Assembly (NCBI GenBank): GCA_016205145.1
Contig: JACQJH010000001.1
Location: 180,001 to 212,000, forward strand
DNA length: 32,000 bases
Direction of reading: 5' to 3'
Origin: Candidatus Iainarchaeum sp.
GTDB lineage: Archaea > Iainarchaeota > Iainarchaeia > Iainarchaeales > JACQJH01
Made by a program: the position numbers and the translations under genes. Of the stretch, positions 24,140 through 30,841 are shown in pieces. The notes beneath the pieces are model-generated. The model was not told the DNA's origin, searched no databases, and saw only the letters and a list, made by a program, of their open reading frames with translations. The number at the start of each line of letters is the position of its first letter. The first letter of the stretch is position 1.

Positions 24140-25240
24140 ATGGCATTGGACGCTTTTGCGGTGCTTTTGCAGTTTTCCTCCGGTTTCTTCAGCCGGGAGT
24201 ATTTCGGCAATGCGATTTCCCAGTACGTTGTCTTCCTGGCAATAGTCGGAATCTCGGTCCTTGTGGCGAAGGCCGCCGATTACCTGATCAAAAACTGGTT
24301 CCGCAGGCTTGCCGACAAAAGCTCGAACAAGTTCGACGATCTTGTTCTCGACGTCATTGAAAAGCCGCTTGTGCTGGCGATAGTCATTGCGGGCATTTTC
24401 ATCGGCTACCATTTCCTTTCGTTTCCAGACGCGATTGACGGCATTTTCCGGAACATAATCCAGATTCTTTACATCCTCGTCGGCGCATGGCTTGCCATGC
24501 GGTTTGTCGACGCGCTCATAAAGGAATACCTCGAGCCGCTTTCCGCCAAAACAGAGTCAAAGCTTGACGACCAGCTCATCCCGATTCTGCGCAAGGTCGT
24601 CAAGGCGGCAATACTGACAATCGCGTTCATAATCATCCTGAGCAATTTCGGTTACGATGTCACCGCGCTCATAGCCGGCCTTGGAATAGGCGGCCTGGCA
24701 GTCGCGTTTGCCGCGCAGGCGACCATTGCCGATGCTTTCGGCGGCCTGTCCATTTTCACGTCAAAGCCGTTCCTTGTCGGAGACATAGTGAAAACTCCCG
24801 ATGCGTTCGGCACAGTGGAGGAAGTCGGCCTGAGGTACACGCGCATCAGGACATTCGACAAGAGGATTGTGGTGGTTCCGAACAGCAAGGTCGCAGGCGG
24901 GGTCATTGAAAACGTTTCCTCCGAGCCGGCCCGCAGGATACAGCTGCACCTCGGCCTGACTTACGCGACGCCGGCAAAAAAAATCAGGCAGGCAAAGGAA
25001 ATAATACTCAAAATAATCAAAAGCAACCCCGGCTGTTCAAAAGGCGCGGAACTTGCGCCGCAAGTCACATTCTCGGAATTCAAGGACTACAGTCTTGACC
25101 TCTGGGCAATCTATTTTGTTGACAAGGACAACTGGATTGAAGTGCAGGGCCAGGTCAACGAGGCGATAAGGGAAGAGTTCGAAGATGCGAAAATCGAGTT
25201 CGCGTTCCCGACTCAGACAATCCACTTGGCGAAAAAGTAG
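24140..25240 (+). CDS. MscS-family small-conductance mechanosensitive channel.
   Basis: TM helices followed by GLGIGGLAVAFAAQATIADAFGGLSIFTSKPFLVGDIV...VVVPNSKV, the MscS pore helix plus beta domain. First ATG at 24140; the track uses the TTG at 24131. Confidence 0.87.
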   Translation: MALDAFAVLLQFSSGFFSREYFGNAISQYVVFLAIVGISVLVAKAADYLIKNWFRRLADKSSNKFDDLVLDVIEKPLVLAIVIAGIFIGYHFLSFPDAIDGIFRNIIQILYILVGAWLAMRFVDALIKEYLEPLSAKTESKLDDQLIPILRKVVKAAILTIAFIIILSNFGYDVTALIAGLGIGGLAVAFAAQATIADAFGGLSIFTSKPFLVGDIVKTPDAFGTVEEVGLRYTRIRTFDKRIVVVPNSKVAGGVIENVSSEPARRIQLHLGLTYATPAKKIRQAKEIILKIIKSNPGCSKGAELAPQVTFSEFKDYSLDLWAIYFVDKDNWIEVQGQVNEAIREEFEDAKIEFAFPTQTIHLAKK

Positions 25241-25242
25241 TG

Positions 25243-25545
25243 CTATTTTTTCGCGGCCCTTTTTCTTTTGAATGAGCGATAGTCAGCAGCTTCCTTAATG
25301 TGGGAAATCAAATAAGCATTTTTGCCTATTTTTTTATAGCTTTTTTCTTGTGCTTCCTTGAATTTTACTATAACAAAAAGCAGTAATGTTGCAGCGAGGA
25401 TAGTCAACCAGACATGTACTGAATTGGTACTATAATAGCGATTTGGGTCTGCTATAATTTGATTCAAATTTAATTCCCATAAATAATTAGCAACAATGTT
25501 CGTTAAGATGCCAACACTAACGCCAATAATAAAAATGTTCCTCAT
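25243..25545 (-). CDS. Hypothetical 100 aa protein with two predicted TM helices and a basic C-terminal tail.
   Basis: MRNIFIIGVSVGILTNIVANYLW... and VWLTILAATLLLFVIVKF are hydrophobic. It lies in a strongly AT-rich block. The start is 2 nt after the stop of the upstream small ORF. Confidence 0.55.
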   Translation of the reverse strand: MRNIFIIGVSVGILTNIVANYLWELNLNQIIADPNRYYSTNSVHVWLTILAATLLLFVIVKFKEAQEKSYKKIGKNAYLISHIKEAADYRSFKRKRAAKK

Positions 25546-25547
25546 TT

Positions 25548-25655
25548 TTATTTGAGGCTCTTCGCTTTGGTTGTTTTTTCCAATTCTTTAATCAACTTTT
25601 TTTCTTCTCGTGTTAGATTCTGGTCACCAAAGTCAGAATTTTTGCCTATGCTCAT
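25548..25655 (-). CDS. Hypothetical 35 aa K/E-rich peptide (MSIGKNSDFGDQNLTREEKKLIKELEKTTKAKSLK).
   Basis: Its ATG overlaps the MNT stop as ATGA (25652-25655). The track's 63 aa version from 25739 would overlap MNT by 88 nt. Confidence 0.35.
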   Translation of the reverse strand: MSIGKNSDFGDQNLTREEKKLIKELEKTTKAKSLK

Positions 25656-25969
25656 TTTATCGCCTTTCCCGTCGCCACCGCCTCGCTGACGATGCCTATC
25701 CGCCTGGCTTTTTCCTCGAATTCTTCGGGCGTATAGCACAGGCTTTCAAGCTGCTGTTTTTCGTTCCAGTAATCGTACATTTTTTCCATTCTGCTGAAAA
25801 AATTGGTCCCCTCAAACTTCTTGCTGACGATTATGAAATCATAGTCGGATTCTTCCAAAGCCCCGCCTTTGGCCCTTGAACCGAAAAGGATTATTCTGGC
25901 GTCCGAGAAATCCTTTTTGACTTTGTGCGCGAATGCAGCGATTATTTGCTTATCTGTTTTTCCGCCCAT
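25652..25969 (-). CDS. Minimal nucleotidyltransferase (MNT, Pol-beta superfamily), antitoxin-type partner of HEPN.
   Basis: ILFGSRAKGGALEESDYDFIIV matches the hG[GS]-x9-13-DhD nucleotidyltransferase motif. AGAGGT lies 6 nt before the ATG. The gene overlaps the HEPN gene by 28 nt. Confidence 0.85.
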   Translation of the reverse strand: MGGKTDKQIIAAFAHKVKKDFSDARIILFGSRAKGGALEESDYDFIIVSKKFEGTNFFSRMEKMYDYWNEKQQLESLCYTPEEFEEKARRIGIVSEAVATGKAIK

Positions 25970-26325
25970 TCAAAAACCTCTTTTGCGTTTTCAAGCAGTT
26001 CTTCCGCCATTTCGTCGCTGTAAGCGTCTTTTGGAATCGCGTTTGCGGCATCCGGATAGCGTGTTTGCACGTAGTGCGGATTGATTTTCCTGCAAGCTGA
26101 AACGATTTTTTCCGGCGCTTCAAGCTCTTCGGCCAATGCAATAATATTGTGCAGTGTCGTGCCCTTGTTCTTTTGCAGGATAAAAATAGCTTTCAAGGCC
26201 TTTTCAGCCGCCTGCTGGCAGTAAAACGCGCATGCGTAATAGACATCCTGCGAAAAAAGGATTTTTGCTGTTTCGAGGTCGTCTTCCGCCGCGTTAAGCC
26301 AGTCTAGGACTTCCTTGCGCATCAT
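25942..26325 (-). CDS. HEPN-domain protein (toxin-type partner of MNT).
   Basis: All-helical, 127 aa. CRKINPH matches R-x4-H, followed by YVQTRYPD, which is typical of small HEPN proteins paired with MNTs. Confidence 0.82.
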   Translation of the reverse strand: MMRKEVLDWLNAAEDDLETAKILFSQDVYYACAFYCQQAAEKALKAIFILQKNKGTTLHNIIALAEELEAPEKIVSACRKINPHYVQTRYPDAANAIPKDAYSDEMAEELLENAKEVFEWAEKQISK

Positions 26326-26347
26326 AAGGATTTGCCGGCTAAACCCA

Positions 26348-26358
26348 TTTATTTATAT
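26348..26358. promoter_or_regulatory. Shared AT-rich TATA-like box in the divergent HEPN / membrane-protein spacer.
   Basis: tttatttatat lies about 25-35 nt upstream of the HEPN ATG at 26325. A second box, tttttttataa, lies about 25 nt before the GTG at 26418. Confidence 0.3.
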
Positions 26359-26417
26359 GCCGCTTTCAAGGCATTTCTGATGCAAAGGGAGTTTTTTTAT
26401 AACTACTAAGCACTTAG

Positions 26418-27077
26418 GTGGTTTATGGCATTTTTTTCCGCCCCGCAAAAGTTTTCTCTTCCCCGACCACGGTAACCCTTCTGGCTTCAAACATTTTCAC
26501 AATCTTTCTCGCATTGACCGAAGGCTGGTCGCTGGCATTGGTTTTGTGGGTTTACTGGCTGCAAAGCGTAATTATCGGCTTTTTCCAGTTCCTCAAAATC
26601 CTTTCATTGGAAGAGTTTTCCTCCGACGGCGTTTCATTCAACGGCGTGCCGGTGCAGCCCACCACAAGGACAAAAATTTCCGTGGCATTCTTTTTTGCCC
26701 TGCACTACGGTTTTTTCCACCTTGTTTACGCGGTTTTTCTGGCATCCTTTTTTCTTTTCCAGGATTTTTCCGGAAGTTCCGCGCAGGCGCAATCCCAGGA
26801 CCTGTTTTTCTTTTTTCTTGCCGCGGCTGCCTTTTTCATAAACCATTTATTTTCGTTCCTGCATTTCAGGAACGCAGCCTCCGCTGAAAAGCCTAACATC
26901 GGCGCGGTGATGTTCGCGCCGTATGCGAGAATCATTCCGATGCATTTGACAATAATTTTCGGCGGGGTTTTGATTGCAACCGGCCAGGCCAAAAGCGCCC
27001 TGCTCCTTTTCCTGCTGTTGAAAACCGGGGCGGATTTGGCAATGCACCTGTTTGAGCACAAATCGCAATCGGTTTAG
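26418..27077 (+). CDS. Hypothetical polytopic membrane protein (about 6 TM). From memory it resembles the DUF6498 type.
   Basis: GTG start. WSLALVLWVYWLQSVIIGFFQFLKI near the N-terminus and PYARIIPMHLTIIFGG...LLLKTGADLAMHLFEH near the C-terminus. A TTTTTTATAA box lies about 25 nt upstream. Confidence 0.65.
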   Translation: MVYGIFFRPAKVFSSPTTVTLLASNIFTIFLALTEGWSLALVLWVYWLQSVIIGFFQFLKILSLEEFSSDGVSFNGVPVQPTTRTKISVAFFFALHYGFFHLVYAVFLASFFLFQDFSGSSAQAQSQDLFFFFLAAAAFFINHLFSFLHFRNAASAEKPNIGAVMFAPYARIIPMHLTIIFGGVLIATGQAKSALLLFLLLKTGADLAMHLFEHKSQSV

Positions 27078-28054
27078 CCCGCGAGAAAGTTTTTTTCTCC
27101 GCTTTGCGCCTGCCTTGCATTGAACAGCACCAGGCCGAGCAGGCCGAGCGCGAGGTTTGTTGCCAGCACTCCGAGCGAGAACGAGATTGCCTGCTGTGCG
27201 GGAATGCCGGCAAATGACAGGAAAAATATGAGGATTGCCTCCCTTGTGCCCAGGCCGGAAAAGGAAATGGGCAAAGATTCAAGCAGGAAAGCCGCAGGCA
27301 GGACCATGAGCAGGAAAAAATAGGAAACGTTTATGTGCACGGCCAACGCTATTATGTAGTATTGCCCTATTGCCGCAAGCCATGTTATGATTGTCAGCAA
27401 TGCAACAAACAGCGTGACCTGCTTTTCCCTGCCGAAACTTTTCATTCCTTCGTAGAAGTCGTGAAAACTTTCCCTGAATGTCGCCTTGAATTTTTCGGGC
27501 ACCAAGAACCCGAAGAACGGCTTTGCAACCTTCGCCATGAACTTTTTCCTTGAAATGAAAAATATTGCGCACACAAATGCAATGAACCCCGCACCGAGCG
27601 CTGCGAAAGCCGCGTTTCCGGCATTGTAAGCCAGGGAAAAAGCCGCGAGCCCGGCAAAAGCCATCAAAAAAAGCGTTGCCATGTCAAGCAATCTTTCAAC
27701 GAACACCGCGGAAAGGCATTGGCCCCTGCTTGCGCGCGGTGTTTCCTTGTTCAAATAAACCGCGCGCAGGAAATCCCCGACCTTGCCAGGGCTCAGCAAT
27801 CCGAAAAAGAATCCGATTGCCCAGATTTCAGCCGACTTGGCGAGGGAAATTTTTCCTTTCACCGGCTTCAAAAGCAGTTGCGCCTTCAAGGCCTTCAAAA
27901 AAAGCAGTGGCAGCAAGGCCAGCACGCCCAAGGCGAACAGCAGAAGGTTTGTCCTGAGCAGGCTTGCAATGATTTTCTGCGGGTCGAAGTAAAGGACAAT
28001 TCCCGCAAACAGCGCCACGCCGACCAAGCCGAGGTATTTTGAAAGGCCTTTCAT
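27074..28054 (-). CDS. Flippase-like / lysylphosphatidylglycerol-synthase-TM-region (UPF0104) family membrane protein.
   Basis: LLSPGKVGDFLRAVYL and PISFSGLGTREA match the two conserved loops of the family. About 8 TM helices. ATG at 28054. Its 3' end overlaps the convergent gene by 4 nt. Confidence 0.78.
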   Translation of the reverse strand: MKGLSKYLGLVGVALFAGIVLYFDPQKIIASLLRTNLLLFALGVLALLPLLFLKALKAQLLLKPVKGKISLAKSAEIWAIGFFFGLLSPGKVGDFLRAVYLNKETPRASRGQCLSAVFVERLLDMATLFLMAFAGLAAFSLAYNAGNAAFAALGAGFIAFVCAIFFISRKKFMAKVAKPFFGFLVPEKFKATFRESFHDFYEGMKSFGREKQVTLFVALLTIITWLAAIGQYYIIALAVHINVSYFFLLMVLPAAFLLESLPISFSGLGTREAILIFFLSFAGIPAQQAISFSLGVLATNLALGLLGLVLFNARQAQSGEKNFLAG

Positions 28055-28115
28055 CAAAAAAACCGTTCAAAAATTTAGGCCGGCAATTGTTTTAAAGCTT
28101 GCCTCGCCGTCATCG

Positions 28116-28192
28116 CCCGGCGGGTGCGAAACCAAGGCCTTCGTTGCAAAATCTTGGATTTTGCGACGTGCCCAGAATCTTTGGATTCTGGG
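28116..28192 (+). repeat. Hairpin module downstream of the Q/G-rich protein gene, homologous to 16164-16249.
   Basis: cccggcggg, then gcgaaaccaagg. cgttgcaaaatc/ttg/gattttgcgacg at 28142-28168. cccagaatc/tttg/gattctggg at 28171-28192. Confidence 0.7.
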
Positions 28193-28262
28193 GCATCACT
28201 GTTGTGAAAGACCGAGTGAGCTAATTTTCAATATTACTGTGCGAAAAGAATTTTTTTTTGTT

Positions 28263-30659
28263 TCAGCTTGCCAGCCTTCCGAAAATGCCGAACAGGTTGT
28301 TGAAATTATTGCTCTCTTCTCCGAGGCTTTTTATCTGCTCGTCAAGCAGTGCAATCGTTTCCTTGTCGGCTGAGCCGCTTGCCTCAAGCTTTGCCTTGAT
28401 TTCATTCAGCTTTTCCGATCTTTCCTTCAGTTTTGCCGCATAATCGCCGTTGCCAACAAGCTTGTCAACAAACCCAAGCTTCTCCTTGTCCTGCACGGTC
28501 ATGTCGGCAGTGGCGCCAAGCTGGTTTGCAAGCGCGGGATCGGATTCCGCCCATTTGGATGCAATCTTGTAAAGGTCTTCCTGAACTCCAATTTTGGCTT
28601 CCCCGCCGTATGCAACGCCGAACTTCCTGCACATGTTATCGACTACAAGCCTTGCTGTCTGATCGGGGTTCCTTTCGGCATTAAGGCATTGCTTTGCCGC
28701 CTGCTTTTTGGCTTCGCACCTCAAGGCAGCTTCCGCCTTGCATTTTGCCGCCTCAAGCCTCATCCTGTCCAAACCGGCTGAAACCTGGCTGCCGGCCTGC
28801 CTGCACATTGAAGTAGCCTGCGCTTCACTTGGGAAAAACCTTGTCATGTTCTGCGCGTCGCCCAAAAACTGTTCGACTATTTCATCATCGGTCATTTCGC
28901 ACAATTCTTCAGGCGACGGTCCCGGTCCCATGGGTCCGCCGAAACCGCCTTGCGGTCCTTGCGGCCCGAAACCCTGGCCGCCAAAGCCCTGTCCTTGTCC
29001 GCCCTGCATTCCGCCAGGTCCGACACCCGGCCTTATACAGTTGCCCTGCTTGCTTGGGTCAGGATATTCGCCTGGCGGGCATTGCCCTTGCCCCTGCTGG
29101 TTCGGTCCGCCGAATGGCCCGCCCTGTCCGAATCCTTGTCCCTGCTGCTGCATAGGCTGGCCTATTCCCTGATTGGGGAACGGTCCCTGGTTTGGAGAAT
29201 TCGGCAGCATGAGGCCGTTCGGCCCCTGTTGCATTCCGAATCCGAAATTGTTAAGCACGTCGTTTGTCTGCATGACCGGCTGGCCATTCTGCATTTGCTG
29301 CGGCTGGACGTTTTGCTCTGCAACCTGCTGCTGTTCAGCCTGTGGAGCCTGCACTATTTCTTCAGCGCTTTGGCTCAGGCTTTCATCCGCTTTCTGCTCG
29401 GCTTCCTGGAGCCTTGCAAGGATTGCAAGCATTGTCGGCGAAGAAATTGAAATTTCATCCGAAGCGGTTGCACCGCCATCGGTTGGCGCGGGTGCTGGTT
29501 CTGGTGCCGGGGCAGGTGCGGGTTCAGGCGCTGGAGCCGGTTCTGGCTGCGGAGCAGGCTGCTGCTGTTCCACCTGCGGTTGCTGCTCGCCTTGAGGCTG
29601 TTGTTGCTGCTGGTCTTGCGGCGGCACGTATCCAGGCGGAGGAGAATTGCACTGGTAGCTTCCGGTATTGCAGTTCCATCCGAACTCACATTGTGGCGGC
29701 TGTCCCTGGCATCCGTTTGGTCCGGGTCCCTGTTGCGGTGGACCGAATCCCTGCGGTTCGGACCTTTGCTGTTCCCAGCCGCGCTGTTCAAATCCCGGTC
29801 CTTGGTTGCGATATTGAGAGTTAATGCATCCGCCCCTTCCATCCGGTTCAGAGCCTTCGCCACATGGCATTTGCTGGTTTCCGCCCTGTCCCGGTCCGCG
29901 CGGCCCGAAATTTGTCGGCAACTGCGGTCCGAATCCTTCCTGGCCCTCGAATTCTTTCATTTTTGAGCATTCGTCTCTGAACTTTGAAATCTGCTGCCTT
30001 ATCTTTTCCTTCTGCTTTTCAAGCTGCCCGGCGATTTTTTCCTTTTCCTTGTTCAGCCTGGCAAGGCAAACATTTTGAATCAGTTCGGGTGTCATGTCCT
30101 TCAAAGTCAGGCTGTCAGGGTCATAGCCTGCGTCCCTCATGTCCTTTTTCTTGTCAGCAGGAATTGGCATTTTTCCTTCGCTGATCTGGCTACAGAACAA
30201 CTGCGAATCAGAATCGCACGAGCTTGACTCCGCGTCTATTGTGCCGCACGCGGTTGGAGCATCCTCTTTTATCGCGCCGACAATTTCGTTTGTCAAAGCG
30301 TCCCTGTCGGTTTTGCAGCCCTCAATGAACTTTGCGCTGTTTGATGCAACCCAAGTGTAGGCGGTCGTCATTGCCTTTGTGACGTCCTCTTCAGCCACGT
30401 ATTGCGAGTCGGCAAAGCTTGATGAAACATAGCTGTCTATTCCCATGCCGGAATCAAAGCCGAATCCGCCAAATCCCTGCTCGTCTTGCTGTCCGCCGAA
30501 GCCTTGCTGCTGGCCGAAACCCTGCTGGAAACCCTGGCCTTGGCCCTGCTGCGGAAACTGTCCCTGCTGCGGAAACTGCGCAAACGCCAAGCCGGCAAAA
30601 ACCGCGAACGCGAAAAGCAATGCGATTATTCCAATGCCTTTTTTCTGCAAATTGACCAC
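28263..30659 (-). CDS. Secreted low-complexity protein of about 798 aa, rich in Q/G/P and FG, with Cys-containing and coiled-coil modules (hypothetical).
   Basis: Proposed GTG start at 30659 gives the signal peptide MVNLQKKGIGIIALLFAFAVFAGLAFA/Q. It lies about 27 nt downstream of a TTAAATA box, so the mRNA may be leaderless. Alternatives are TTG at 30665 or 30650 and ATG at 30782. The track ORF start at 31085 overlaps the reductase gene and reads through the hairpin repeats. Confidence 0.72.
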   Translation of the reverse strand: MVNLQKKGIGIIALLFAFAVFAGLAFAQFPQQGQFPQQGQGQGFQQGFGQQQGFGGQQDEQGFGGFGFDSGMGIDSYVSSSFADSQYVAEEDVTKAMTTAYTWVASNSAKFIEGCKTDRDALTNEIVGAIKEDAPTACGTIDAESSSCDSDSQLFCSQISEGKMPIPADKKKDMRDAGYDPDSLTLKDMTPELIQNVCLARLNKEKEKIAGQLEKQKEKIRQQISKFRDECSKMKEFEGQEGFGPQLPTNFGPRGPGQGGNQQMPCGEGSEPDGRGGCINSQYRNQGPGFEQRGWEQQRSEPQGFGPPQQGPGPNGCQGQPPQCEFGWNCNTGSYQCNSPPPGYVPPQDQQQQQPQGEQQPQVEQQQPAPQPEPAPAPEPAPAPAPEPAPAPTDGGATASDEISISSPTMLAILARLQEAEQKADESLSQSAEEIVQAPQAEQQQVAEQNVQPQQMQNGQPVMQTNDVLNNFGFGMQQGPNGLMLPNSPNQGPFPNQGIGQPMQQQGQGFGQGGPFGGPNQQGQGQCPPGEYPDPSKQGNCIRPGVGPGGMQGGQGQGFGGQGFGPQGPQGGFGGPMGPGPSPEELCEMTDDEIVEQFLGDAQNMTRFFPSEAQATSMCRQAGSQVSAGLDRMRLEAAKCKAEAALRCEAKKQAAKQCLNAERNPDQTARLVVDNMCRKFGVAYGGEAKIGVQEDLYKIASKWAESDPALANQLGATADMTVQDKEKLGFVDKLVGNGDYAAKLKERSEKLNEIKAKLEASGSADKETIALLDEQIKSLGEESNNFNNLFGIFGRLAS

Positions 30660-30680
30660 TGTCAAAGCAAAGTTTAATCC

Positions 30681-30692
30681 CCTATTTAAGCT
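30681..30692 (-). promoter_or_regulatory. TATA-like box for the Q/G-rich secreted-protein gene.
   Basis: Minus strand gcttaaatagg, centred about 27 nt upstream of the GTG at 30659. It lies in the loop of the 9 bp hairpin 30664-30699. Confidence 0.35.
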
Positions 30693-30712
30693 TTGCTTTT
30701 TAGCTTTTCGAA

Positions 30713-30768
30713 CCGGCGGTTTCGTCCGCCGGGTCCGAAACCAAGGCGTATTGCTGATGCAATACGCC
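30713..30768 (+). repeat. Double-hairpin repeat unit, copy 4 (same orientation as copy 1).
   Basis: ccggcgg/tttcgt/ccgccgg at 30713-30732, then the gtccgaaaccaagg linker. ggcgtattgc/tgat/gcaatacgcc at 30745-30768, then gag. Confidence 0.7.
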
Positions 30769-30841
30769 GAGTATGCCAGCATATGATGCAAAAGTGCACA
30801 CTTGGCTTGTATTTGTGCCTGCAACCGGAATCGTTTTTCTT

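Noticed and set aside
30751-30800. ctgatg in the hairpin loop and atgatgc nearby as hammerhead-core or C-box candidates.
   Set aside because: The loop sequence is not conserved between copies (acaa/tgtc/tgat). There is no matching GAAA core, D box (CUGA) or terminal stem in the right geometry.
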